Made by a program: the position numbers and the translations under genes
NCBI GenBank assembly: GCA_965116875.1
Contig: OZ220733.1
Span: 1,344,001 to 1,408,000, forward strand
Reading direction: 5' to 3'
Length of the DNA: 64,000 bases
Source of the DNA: Candidatus Latescibacterota bacterium
GTDB lineage: Bacteria; Latescibacterota; UBA2968; GCA-2709665
Shown here: in pieces, positions 39,258 to 51,000 of the stretch
Layout: each line of letters starts with the position of its first letter
Position numbering within the stretch: position 1 is the stretch's first letter
Notes under the pieces: generated by a model
What the model was told of the DNA's origin: nothing
The model's input: the letters and a program-made list of their open reading frames with translations, nothing else
The model's database searches: none

Positions 39258-39860
39258 CTAAAAAGAAACCCGGCGCACGTTGGCCATGCGCCGGCCCGGC
39301 CGCACGCGGACCATCGACGCCGCCTTTGCGGAATCCGCCCGTCCGGCCCGATAGGCCTGGTGCGAAACCGGATAGGACGGTTTCCGGGGCAGCATTTTCA
39401 GCGCCCCGCGCAGGTCCGCGGCAGGAAACGTCGATGAAGCCGGCGCAACCAGCGTCATCTGATGTACACGGTCCGTGTTGACCGGGCGTGTTGTCAACGC
39501 CTCGTCCAGCCCCGAGGTCATGCCCAGCGCGATCAGCACGACTGCCGCGCACGTTGCCAGCGCCCTTGGCAGAGTTGGGACAAACACGTCCGGCAGCCGG
39601 TTCCAGAACGAAGTCTTTTGCGCCGCTTCCATCATCAGGCGGCTGCGAAGCGCAAAATCGAATCCTGCGGACGGCCGTACACGCGACATCCGCGCCAACC
39701 GCCCCGTAAGGTTCCTGACCCCTTCCAGCGAACCGGCGCAGGTGGAGCATTCTACCATGTGGCGATCCATCTGCGCCTTCTTTGCGCCTGCTATCTCGTC
39801 TTCGAGATAGGCCGATAATCGGGCCGCAAACTCGCCGCAAGTGATGTGACCCTTACCCAT
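39258..39860 (-). CDS. Zinc-binding (ZAS) transmembrane anti-sigma factor
   Basis: C..LSAYLE..HMVECSTC (HxxxCxxC), one TM helix, directly downstream of an ECF sigma. Confidence 0.85.
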   Translation of the reverse strand: MGKGHITCGEFAARLSAYLEDEIAGAKKAQMDRHMVECSTCAGSLEGVRNLTGRLARMSRVRPSAGFDFALRSRLMMEAAQKTSFWNRLPDVFVPTLPRALATCAAVVLIALGMTSGLDEALTTRPVNTDRVHQMTLVAPASSTFPAADLRGALKMLPRKPSYPVSHQAYRAGRADSAKAASMVRVRPGRRMANVRRVSF

Positions 39861-39927
39861 GAATCTCCTCCGTTGGTCCCATATCTATTTCGCATTCCCG
39901 TGTGATCGGGAAGACGGCGTAACGCTG

Positions 39928-40533
39928 TCAGATCGCCAGCCCCACGTCTCTTCCCTCATTCTTCAGCTTCTGCTGCAGTTTCAGACGGGCCCTGTTCACC
40001 CGAGACTTGACCGTACCCACCGGACACCGGCTGATCTCTGCAATCTCTTGATAGGACAGCCCTTCAACGTCTCGAAGCAGGATGACCTGCCGGTAGTTTT
40101 CCGACAGCGACATGATCGCCTGATGAATCTGTACATCCGCGATAGAGGATTCCGTAATTTTATCGGGCCGGTAGGACTCGTCCGGCAGTTCCAGCCCCGT
40201 ATCGCTCTCCTCATCCCGGTGAAGCGGAAACAGCCGCCAGCGTTTACGACGCCTTAACTCGCTTTTTGCCAGGTTGCCGGCAATTGTAAACAGCCAGGTG
40301 GAGAAATTCGCGATTGCCCGATATTCATTCCGCTTTCTGTAAGCCCTGAGAAATGCCTCCTGAACGATATCCTCGGCTGTTTCCCTGTCTCCGACAAATC
40401 GGAAGACGAAGTTGTAAAGCCTTCCTCTGTAACGATTTACAATCTTTCCATAAGCTTCGATGTCGCCGTTGGCAACCTCAGTCAGAATATCGACATCCGA
40501 CGCTGCTCCGTTTTCCGTGTTCACCATGAGCAT
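39928..40533 (-). CDS. ECF RNA polymerase sigma factor (RpoE/SigW-like)
   Basis: AEDIVQEAFLRAY, FSTWLFTIAGN, GLSYQEIAE, GTVKSRVNRAR. Confidence 0.93.
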   Translation of the reverse strand: MLMVNTENGAASDVDILTEVANGDIEAYGKIVNRYRGRLYNFVFRFVGDRETAEDIVQEAFLRAYRKRNEYRAIANFSTWLFTIAGNLAKSELRRRKRWRLFPLHRDEESDTGLELPDESYRPDKITESSIADVQIHQAIMSLSENYRQVILLRDVEGLSYQEIAEISRCPVGTVKSRVNRARLKLQQKLKNEGRDVGLAI

Positions 40534-40613
40534 GGTCTTTCCCCCCTTTCACCTGCTACATCCTCGGGAATGGGGCATACAAAACCCGCAATCCGGACAA
40601 CCTCCTTACGCCA

Positions 40614-40641
40614 TTTAACACTCAGGATCAGGAAAAGTTCC
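40614..40641 (-). promoter_or_regulatory. Putative ECF autoregulatory promoter
   Basis: GGAAC-N17-GTT (GGAACTT...GTTAAA), about 80 nt upstream of the ECF sigma start. Confidence 0.6.
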
Positions 40642-40695
40642 CGAAAAGCGAGAAATCAGCTAACCGTAACCACGCTTTCGAACCGGTTTCTCCGC

Positions 40696-40723
40696 TTGAC
40701 ATCCGCTTTGGATGTGGTATAAT
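40696..40723 (+). promoter_or_regulatory. Consensus sigma70 promoter
   Basis: TTGACA-N16-TATAAT with TGn extended -10. Confidence 0.75.
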
Positions 40724-40750
40724 TATAGCCGCTCCATCCGGGAATTGCAA
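40722..40750 (-). promoter_or_regulatory. Sigma70 promoter facing the ECF operon
   Basis: TTGCAA-N17-TATAAT on the minus strand. Confidence 0.65.
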
Positions 40751-41106
40751 GACCTGCTTTTAGATGCCGTCTTAAAATTTATAGCGTCGAGCCTGCCGTT
40801 TCAACCGTTTAACCTCAAGTTCGAAAGAAGACAATAGTCAAATCGGCCATAAAGAGCCTGAATGCGGGTAGAGGGTAGACGAAATGCGGGGAGACGGTAG
40901 AGGTGAGAAAATCGGGTAGACCCAAGACGGGAGAAGATATCTTTGCCCGATACAATATTCCTTCTTGCCTCCGGCAAAAAAGGAATCCTCAAAAGGCAGG
41001 CAATCTCTCCCGTCTAACGTCTTCCTTCTCACCAGGTGGTAGGGTGGGGTGTGGTTCTCTCCCCTCTCCCTTCTCGCGTCTACCCGCTTCTGGGGGGCCG
41101 GGGGGA

Positions 41107-41221
41107 GAGGTCCTATTCACGTACAGCGACCTGGTGTATCCTGGGTATCCGCCGTCCAATCGCCTTTATTCACTTGCACAACTTTGAATTAACGCTCACG
41201 AAAACTTACGAATCAAGGTTA
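41107..41221 (+). repeat. Dispersed intergenic element (family C), copy 3
   Basis: Aligns to 18949-19091 without the 27-bp insert. Confidence 0.85.
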
Positions 41222-41244
41222 CATTCCGAATGAAGGGGTTTTCA

Positions 41245-43245
<2,001 letters not shown>

Positions 43246-43269
43246 CGGCCCGGATCAATTGTGCTAAGT

Positions 43270-43297
43270 CAAGAGGGAGCCTTCCGGCTCCCTCTTG
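43270..43297. terminator. Stem-loop after acs
   Basis: 12-bp stem CAAGAGGGAGCC / GGCTCCCTCTTG; weak U tract. Confidence 0.5.
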
Positions 43298-43324
43298 GCG
43301 TTTATACAGGAAAGGTCCCGCCCG

Positions 43325-44023
43325 ATGACCGCCCTGCCCCGGAAATCCGTGCTCCTGCTCTCCGGAGGGATGGATTCCACCACACTGCTCTGGTGGATGC
43401 GAGACCGTGAACATTCAGAGATCCATACCGTTTCCATCGATTATGGCCAGCGCCACGCGGTTGAACTCGAATCCAGCTCAAGGCTATCCAGGTTGGCGGG
43501 CGCCGACTCCCACCGCTGCATCAAAATCGATCTCCGGCAGATCGGCGGTAATCCGCTCACGGAGATCGGGCGCCCCGTTCCGGCGGCGGAACAGGACCGG
43601 CAGGCACTGACCGTTGTGCCCTTCCGCAACATGCTGTTCGTCACCCTGGCAGCCGCCTGGGCGGAGACGAGGGGTTGCACCGATCTCTTTCTCTCGCCTG
43701 TGCGGGACGACTTTCAGATCTACCGAGACTGTCGCCGAGAGTTTTACGACATGCTGGAGAAAGCCCTGTTCCTTGGCGCCTCACGCCAGACCGACTACCG
43801 TATCCATACCCCGTTTGTGGAGAATTGGAAAGTCGAAATTGTGAGCATGGGCCTGGACCTTGGTGTGCCCTACGCCGAGACCCACACCTGCTATGAAGGC
43901 AAACGCCCCGCCTGCGGCCGTTGCGACGCATGCGTGGAACGTATCAACGCCTTCCGCGCCAATCGCGCCGTGGATCCGCTGGCCTACGAGATCGAAATTG
44001 ACTGGACAACATCGCCTCGCTAG
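43325..44023 (+). CDS. queC: 7-cyano-7-deazaguanine synthase
   Basis: LLSGGMDST, YGQRH, VPFRN, YRDCR, TCYEG..ACGRCDAC. Confidence 0.93.
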   Translation: MTALPRKSVLLLSGGMDSTTLLWWMRDREHSEIHTVSIDYGQRHAVELESSSRLSRLAGADSHRCIKIDLRQIGGNPLTEIGRPVPAAEQDRQALTVVPFRNMLFVTLAAAWAETRGCTDLFLSPVRDDFQIYRDCRREFYDMLEKALFLGASRQTDYRIHTPFVENWKVEIVSMGLDLGVPYAETHTCYEGKRPACGRCDACVERINAFRANRAVDPLAYEIEIDWTTSPR

Positions 44024-45054
44024 GCATTTTTCAATGCGTTCACGGTGTCGATGAGACGCCGGTCCGCATTGTATCGAAGTTCGAGAATCTGACCGAGTTT
44101 CTCAGGACTCGCGCCCTTCGACGTTATCCGATAGACTTCAAGCCTGTCCGCCAGCGCGTTCATTACCATATCGAGCAGGATAAGATCCGATGCATCGTCC
44201 TCCACCATACACTCATCCGCCAGAACACGGCGGACCACCTTCAGGCGTTCCTGCAGCGCCTCCTCGTCTATCTCCTCGACCTTTCCCCGGGTGACCAGTC
44301 GGGTGGATAGCGTTGCAAGGAATCCTTCGCTGAGGTATTTGCGGGCTTTTTCTTCCGTCCAGGAGTCCGATAGAACGTCCGCAACGGAATACGGGACCTT
44401 GTCGGCCCTCCCCCGTTTATCGGCCGAACCCCCGCCGTCGTTCTGGCGGCGGGGCTGCCGGCGCCGCCTCGTTCGGCGATGTTCCTGTGAAGTGCCCCTG
44501 GCGGGAGTTTCCTGCGTCTTTTCAGCCGCGGCTTCCGATGGCGCTCCCGCCGCCGAATCGGGTGGTGAAGCCGTTGCGGCTTCCGTGGTCTCCGCAACGG
44601 GTTCCGCAGTGGATTCACTGGCGTTCGCCGGCTCAGGCGCTGCCGTCGTTGACGGATCCGCGGTTTTTTCAGCCTCTTTCCCGGTTTGATTCTCCTTCTT
44701 GTCTCCTGCTTTAGCGCGTGTTGTGCGCTTCGCGGGCTTTGTAGATGCCCGCGACCGTTTCGCGGGCCGTCGCGAAATCACGCGCTTTTCCGGGACCTCC
44801 GCTGTTTTTTCGGTTGGCTCACCCGCGTCTTCCGTGGCGGCGGCTTCGGGTTTCTCCTTCTTGTCATCCACCGATGCAGCCCGGCTTCGCGTTGTCCCTG
44901 CCGGTTTCCGGGTGGCCGTCCGGGTTCGCCTGGCGGGCCGCCGAGACACCACGCGCCTTTCCGAATCCCGGGCTTCTTCCTTCTTCTCCCCGCCCGAGGC
45001 ATCGGAAACGGGCTGATCGTTCTCCTCGGATGGGGAATCCAGAATAACGTCCAT
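44020..45054 (-). CDS. Hypothetical protein with long charged low-complexity N-terminus and helical C-terminal domain
   Basis: GGAGG upstream of ATG 45054; Arg/Ala/Glu/Pro-rich region followed by about 125 aa of ordered-looking sequence. Confidence 0.7.
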   Translation of the reverse strand: MDVILDSPSEENDQPVSDASGGEKKEEARDSERRVVSRRPARRTRTATRKPAGTTRSRAASVDDKKEKPEAAATEDAGEPTEKTAEVPEKRVISRRPAKRSRASTKPAKRTTRAKAGDKKENQTGKEAEKTADPSTTAAPEPANASESTAEPVAETTEAATASPPDSAAGAPSEAAAEKTQETPARGTSQEHRRTRRRRQPRRQNDGGGSADKRGRADKVPYSVADVLSDSWTEEKARKYLSEGFLATLSTRLVTRGKVEEIDEEALQERLKVVRRVLADECMVEDDASDLILLDMVMNALADRLEVYRITSKGASPEKLGQILELRYNADRRLIDTVNALKNA

Positions 45055-45183
45055 ATACCTCCCTTCGAGCCGCAGACGAAACACGACCGGCCGTTTCGTC
45101 TCCAACCCGCGTCAACATTGATCTGACCGAAAACATCAAAACGACGCACCAATATAAGCAAATATGATGGTGGTTTGCCAGAC

Positions 45184-45213
45184 GAAAAAAGGCCGGCCAG
45201 TAAAGGCCGACCT
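45184..45213 (-). terminator. Intrinsic terminator after groEL
   Basis: AGGTCGGCC-loop-GGCCGGCCT followed by a T run on the minus strand. Confidence 0.65.
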
Positions 45214-45240
45214 CTGTACGCCTGCCCGATGTTTCGGACG

Positions 45241-46872
45241 CTAATAATGGTCGTGACCGTGGCCGTGACCCTGCGGCTCTTTTTCCTCTTCCGGTACTTC
45301 GGTTACCAGCGTCTCCGTTGTCAGCAGAAGCCCGGCAATGCTGGCCGCGTTCTCAACCGCGGAACGCACGACCTTCGTGGGATCCGCCACACCCGCTTCG
45401 ATCAGATCTTCGTAGGTTTCGGTAAGCGCGTTGAAGCCGAATGCGCCGTCTCCCTCTTTCACCCGCTGAACAACCAGGCTGCCTTCGTGACCCGCGTTAT
45501 CGGCAATTTTCCTCAGGGGCGCCTCAAGGGCCTTGTTCAGAAGGTCCACGCCGGTCTTCTGATCTCCGCGAACCCTGCCGCGAACCGTGTCCAGCGACGA
45601 CCTACACCGCACGAGGGCCACGCCTCCGCCGGGAACGATGCCTTCCTCCACGGCCGCGCGGGTCGCGTGCAGGGCATCTTCCACCCTCGCCTTCTTCTCC
45701 TTCATTTCTGTTTCGGTTGCGGCGCCGACGTTCACCACGGCCACGCCGCCGGCCAGCTTTGCAAGCCGTTCCTGGAGTTTCTCCCCGTCGTAATCCGAGG
45801 TCGTTTCCTCGATCTGCATGCGAATCTGGCTGACGCGTCCCTGTATGTCGTGGGTTGCGCCGGCGCCTTCGACGATTGTCGTATTGTCCTTATCGATGAC
45901 GATCCGCTTGGCCTGTCCAAGGTCGCCGAGCTGAATGTTCTCCAGTTTTATGCCCAGATCTTCCGAAATCACCCTGCCCCCGGTGAGAATGGCGATATCC
46001 TCAAGCATCTCTTTCCGACGGTCTCCGTAACCGGGAGCCTTCACCGCCGCCGCTTTTATGGTCCCCCGGACTTTGTTTACCACAAATGTCGCCAGCGCCT
46101 CACCCTCAACGTCTTCAGCGATCACCAGCAGCGCCTTTCCCGTCTGCGCCGTCTTCTCAAGCAACGGGAGTAGATCCTTCATGTTAGCCAGTTTCTTCTC
46201 GTGGATGAGGAGATAGGCATCTTCCAGAACCGCTTCCATGTCGTCCTGGTCGGTCACGAAGTATGGTGAAATATATCCCCGGTCGAACTGCATGCCTTCC
46301 ACAACGTCGAGCGTCGTCTCAATCGACTTGGCCTCCTCGACGGTAATGGTGCCGTCCTTCCCCACCTTCTCCATGGAGTCTGCGATTATGTCGCCAATCC
46401 CGCTGTCGTTGTTGGCCGAGATTGCCGCTACCTGTGCGATCTCCTTGCGACCTGTGACCTCCTGCGACTGTTTCTTCAGAGCCGCGGTCACGGCGGACAC
46501 ACCCTGATCGATGCCCCGCTTGATATCCATGGGATTGGCGCCGGCGGTTACATTCTTCAGGCCTTCGCGGTAAATGGCCTCCGCCAGTACCGTTGCGGTG
46601 GTTGTGCCGTCGCCGGCCACGTCGGAGGTCTTGGAGGCGACCTCCTTCACCATCTGGGCGCCCATATTCTCATATGGATCGGGCAGTTCGATCTCCTTGG
46701 CCACCGTTACCCCGTCCTTGGTTACGGTAGGCGAACCCCATTTCTTGCCCAGAACGACATTTCGCCCGCGCGGCCCAAGTGTCGCCTTGACCGCCTTGCT
46801 CAGAATGTCCACGCCGTCCAGAACCTTTGACCGGGCGTCTATCCCGTAGCTCAATTGCTTGGCTGGCATCAT
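45241..46872 (-). CDS. groL: Chaperonin GroEL
   Basis: [45 protein letters not shown]. Confidence 0.98.
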   Translation of the reverse strand: MMPAKQLSYGIDARSKVLDGVDILSKAVKATLGPRGRNVVLGKKWGSPTVTKDGVTVAKEIELPDPYENMGAQMVKEVASKTSDVAGDGTTTATVLAEAIYREGLKNVTAGANPMDIKRGIDQGVSAVTAALKKQSQEVTGRKEIAQVAAISANNDSGIGDIIADSMEKVGKDGTITVEEAKSIETTLDVVEGMQFDRGYISPYFVTDQDDMEAVLEDAYLLIHEKKLANMKDLLPLLEKTAQTGKALLVIAEDVEGEALATFVVNKVRGTIKAAAVKAPGYGDRRKEMLEDIAILTGGRVISEDLGIKLENIQLGDLGQAKRIVIDKDNTTIVEGAGATHDIQGRVSQIRMQIEETTSDYDGEKLQERLAKLAGGVAVVNVGAATETEMKEKKARVEDALHATRAAVEEGIVPGGGVALVRCRSSLDTVRGRVRGDQKTGVDLLNKALEAPLRKIADNAGHEGSLVVQRVKEGDGAFGFNALTETYEDLIEAGVADPTKVVRSAVENAASIAGLLLTTETLVTEVPEEEKEPQGHGHGHDHY

Positions 46873-46999
46873 TGTCCTCCTGTAAACCCCAGTGAATGAA
46901 AACCCGTTGGATCCAGATCTCCGGGCGATGCTTCTGATTCGCTATCGCCCATCCCTGCAATGGGACTGAATCGCGACTTCCATCTGTACCGTATGTACT

Positions 47000-47290
47000 T
47001 TATTCAAGAATACCCAGAATGTCGTCTTCAGAAGCAATCACCATTTCGTCTCCATCGACCTCGACCTCGGTGCCCGCGTACTGGCCGATCAGAACGCGGT
47101 CGCCCGCATTTACAGACACCGGTACGGGATCGCCCGTTTTGTCGTTGACCTTCCCGGGGCCCACTGCGACGACTTCGGCTTCGAGCGGTTTTTCTTTGGC
47201 CGTATCGGGGATGATGATGCCGCCATGGACCTGTTCGTTGGCTTCAATCCGCCGGAGAAGCACCCGGTCGGCCAGAGGCTTCACCGTCAT
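47000..47290 (-). CDS. groS: Co-chaperonin GroES
   Basis: KPLADRVL, GGIIIPDTAKEKP, VVAVGPG, DDILGI. Confidence 0.97.
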   Translation of the reverse strand: MTVKPLADRVLLRRIEANEQVHGGIIIPDTAKEKPLEAEVVAVGPGKVNDKTGDPVPVSVNAGDRVLIGQYAGTEVEVDGDEMVIASEDDILGILE

Positions 47291-47356
47291 AAGCCCCTCC
47301 TTCGAAAGAATGGATTGTACGTTAACCCATTAAATAATAAATATTTTTCCCGACAA

Positions 47357-47383
47357 TTAGCACTCGTTGCAATCGAGTGCTAA
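47357..47383. promoter_or_regulatory. CIRCE element (HrcA operator)
   Basis: Exact TTAGCACTC-N9-GAGTGCTAA upstream of groES. Confidence 0.97.
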
Positions 47384-47390
47384 CCGGACA

Positions 47391-47419
47391 AATATAAACG
47401 CTTTGGCCTCCTGGCGCAA
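47391..47419 (-). promoter_or_regulatory. groESL promoter
   Basis: TTGCGC-N17-TATATT immediately upstream of CIRCE. Confidence 0.65.
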
Positions 47420-47440
47420 GGACAAATTCCGGCATTCGAC

Positions 47441-47471
47441 AAAAAAGCGCATTACGAATCGTAATGCGCTT
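47441..47471 (-). terminator. Intrinsic terminator ending the rib-nusB-secA-rhodanese operon
   Basis: AAGCGCATTACG / CGTAATGCGCTT stem followed by a T run on the minus strand. Confidence 0.75.
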
Positions 47472-47506
47472 CCGGCTATATCAGCCGCGTTGGCGAATGC
47501 CTTTCT

Positions 47507-47983
47507 CTATTGCTTCATACGCTTCAACTGTTGTTTCTTCCGCGTGATCCGATTCTCCAGGTGCTCTATCTCCGCTTCCAACAGTTCAGGACGATCCAGG
47601 TCGTCGGCTTCCTCAGGCGGCGGCGGTTGTTCCGAAGGCAGGCTCGCGTCCGCCCAGTCTTCGTACCCGCCGGCCATCGAAATCACCCGCTCATAACCCA
47701 ATTCCTTCAACGAGTCCGCAGCCAGCAGCGAACGTACACCGCCCGCGCAATAGACCACCACTTCCCGGGACTTGTCCGGAACGCGGGATTCAGCCTCGGC
47801 TTCGAGGCGGCCGCGTGGAACGTGAACCGCTCCCCGCAGATGTCCCGACTCCCATTCTTCCTGTTCGCGCACATCCAGAAGGACCGGGCTCGCGCCGCTT
47901 TCCAAATGGTCGTGTACTTCCTGCACGCTCATCTCCGGAATCTCGCTGCGGGCCTCATTCAGCAGGTCATCTCGGGATTTCAT
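47507..47983 (-). CDS. Rhodanese-domain protein
   Basis: LLDVRE..EWESGHLRGA, YCAGGVRS, MAGGY; AAGGAG RBS. Confidence 0.88.
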   Translation of the reverse strand: MKSRDDLLNEARSEIPEMSVQEVHDHLESGASPVLLDVREQEEWESGHLRGAVHVPRGRLEAEAESRVPDKSREVVVYCAGGVRSLLAADSLKELGYERVISMAGGYEDWADASLPSEQPPPPEEADDLDRPELLEAEIEHLENRITRKKQQLKRMKQ

Positions 47984-48049
47984 CAGCGTATCGCTCCTTT
48001 TCGTCGCGTCGCCAGGGTTTCGCAATGGACGGATCGACCCGACCGCTTT

Positions 48050-51000
48050 TCACGCCGGCACCCGGCCCGCAAGGCCATGACATTTCTTGTACTTTTTACC
48101 GCTTCCGCACGGACACGGGTCGTTTCTGCCCACCTTCTGCACCCGAATCGGGCGCTGCCGGGGCGGCCCCCCTTCCGAAGTGGCGGCGACCGGTTCCGAC
48201 GTCGGCGACGCCCCGGCGCCGGTGGCGAACCCCATGCCGGTTGCATCCTGATGCGTGAGCGAGACCCGCTGAGGCTGCCGACCTCGTTGGCTGGACAGGT
48301 CCTCTTCCACCGGAATGCGAAAAAGGGTTTTCAATGTTTCACGGTTGATTTCGTCGAGCAGGTCGACGAACATCTGAAATCCTTCACGCTTGTACTCGAT
48401 CAGCGGATCCTTTTGCCCATATCCCCGCAGGCCGATGCCCTCCTTGAGATCATCCATCTCCCGGAGATGGTCCTTCCACTTCTCGTCGGTTACCCCCAGA
48501 TAGACCATTCGCTCGATCTCCCGCATCCTTCCCGCGCCAATCAGGCTTTCCCGGCGCCTGTAGGCCGATCTGATTCCATCGAACAACTCATCCCGGAATC
48601 CATCCTCCTTCAGTTCGGGCAGCGACTCGGGGGGCACTTCAGGAACCTGGAGGAAGATCTGTCGCAGGTCGCGGTAGAGTCCGTCCAGGTTCCAGTCCTC
48701 CTGGGTGCCTTCTTCGGGAAGGTGGCTCTGGAACGTAGCGTTCACCACTTCCTCCATCTCTTCTTCAATCTGTTCGTAGATATTGTGCTGTTCCAGGGCG
48801 TGGCGTCGCCGGTCGTATACGACTTCCCGCTGCTGGTTCATCACGTCGTCGTATTCAAGCAGGTGTTTCCGCACCTCGAAATTCCGGGCTTCCACGCGTT
48901 TCTGCGCCCGCTCGATCGATCGGGTTACCATCCGGTGTTCAATCACCTCGCCCTCTTCGGCGCCCAGACGATCCATAATCCGGGCAATCCTCTCGGAGCC
49001 GAAGAGCCGCATGAGATCGTCTTCCAGTGAGATGAAAAACCGGGAATTTCCCGGGTCGCCCTGCCGGCCGGCCCGTCCGCGAAGCTGCCGGTCAATCCGC
49101 CTTGCCTCGTGCCGCTCGGTACCAATGATATGCAATCCGCATGGCACCTCTTCCATGCAATGGTATTCCTCCAGGTGCGGGCACTGCGGGCGCCCGCCGT
49201 TGGCGCCGGGTATCAGCGCGCATTGATGGTCCGGCGGCGCCTTGACCACACCGTCCCCCAGCTTGATATCCGTACCTCGACCCGCCATATTGGTGGCAAT
49301 GGTCACGGCGCCCGGTTGTCCGGCCCTGGCAACGATCTGGGCTTCCTGCTGGTTGTGACGCGCGTTGAGCACGGAGTGTTTAATTCCCTTCCGCTTCAGC
49401 ATACGGGACAGCAATTCCGACATTTCCACGCTGATGGTACCGACGAGTACCGGCAGGCTGCTGTCGTTCAACCGTTCGATCTCGTCCACGATGGCGTTAT
49501 ATTTCTCCCGCTTGGTCCTGAAGATCAGGTCCTCCGAATCGATCCGCCGCACCGGTTCGTTCGTAGGCATTACGACGACGTCCAGCTTGTAGATCTGGAA
49601 CAGTTCCGCCGCCTCGGTTTCGGCGGTTCCCGTCATCCCTGCCAGCTTGTGATACAATCGGAAGTAATTCTGCAGCGTAATCGTGGCGATCGTCTGGGTG
49701 TCCCGTTCCACCTTGACGCGTTCTTTCGCTTCCAGAGCCTGGTGCAGCCCGTCCGCAAATCGCCGACCCGGCTGCGGACGCCCCGTGAACTCGTCGACGA
49801 TAATCACCTGGCCGCCGTCCACGATATACCTTACGTCCTTCTCATAGAGCGTGTAGGCAACCAGAAGCTGTTGTACGCTGTGAATCGCCTCGCTCTTGCG
49901 GGCGTAGTCCTGGTACGCGTCATCCTGGGCTCTGGCCTTTTCGTCCGGCGCCAGCGCATCGTCCGCGTCGATTTCGTGCAGGACTTCATCCAGGTCCTGC
50001 AGCACGAAATCGTCCGGCATCCGGCTGATCTCAACCCGCCCTTTGTCGGTCAGATCGATAACATGGCTCTTCTCATCCACGCTGAAGTAGAGGTCTTCGT
50101 CAATCTCGCCCATTCGTTTGTCGCGCAGGTAGTCGGCCTCAACCCGGCCGATCAGACGCTTGGTCCCCTCTTCCTGCAGCAATTTCATGAACCGCCGGTT
50201 CTTGGGCATCCCCCGCTGAACCTGAAGCAGCCGGATGCCCGCCTCGTATTCGTCCTCGTCGAGGAGTTCCTCCGCTTCATTCAAAGTCCCGGTTACCACC
50301 CGGGTCTGCGCCCTGACCAACCGCTCCACCAGCGGCCGCATCTCATCGTACCGCTGATTATCGGCCTCCGCCACCGCGCCGGATATGATCAGGGGCGTCC
50401 TCGCCTCGTCGATCAGTATGCTGTCGGCCTCGTCGATGATCGCAAAATAGTGTTCGCGCTGCATGAGGTCGTCCGGACGGACCGCCATATTGTCGTAGAG
50501 ATAATCGAACCCGAACTGGTCCTTCGTGCCATAGACGACGTCGGCCCTGTATGCCTCATGATGATCGCACTCCCGCAAACGGTACCCGCCCTCCCCATCC
50601 TCCTCCATGCGATACGCCTCCGCCTCCATGGACCGGTCCTGGATGATGCCGACGCTCATCCCGAGAAAGAGATAGACGGGCCCCAGCCACATGGCGTCCC
50701 GCTTTGCGAGATAGGAATTCACGGTGACGAGGTGTACGCCCCGTCCCGTCAGTCCGTTCAGATAAAGGGGCATTCCCGCCACCAGGGTCTTGCCCTCTCC
50801 GGTGGCCATCTCTGCGATTTTTCCCTGGTGAAGCACGATGCCGCCGAGCAGCTGCACGTCGTAGGGCACCATATCCCATACAATGGACTCACCGGCCCGC
50901 TCCCACTGCTTCCCTTCCGCTTTGAACCGGCGGCAGGTCTCCTTGTAGACCGCGTATGCCTCGGGCAGTATCTCCTCCAGTGCCTCCGCCTCGATCTCCC

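Noticed and set aside
39223-39840. Long N-terminal extension of the HtrA-like ORF
   Set aside because: Overlaps the anti-sigma gene in another frame; the signal peptide begins at 39222
43246-43324. preQ1 riboswitch or second CIRCE before queC
   Set aside because: Only a GTGCTAA half-site and a simple hairpin; no preQ1 consensus recognised
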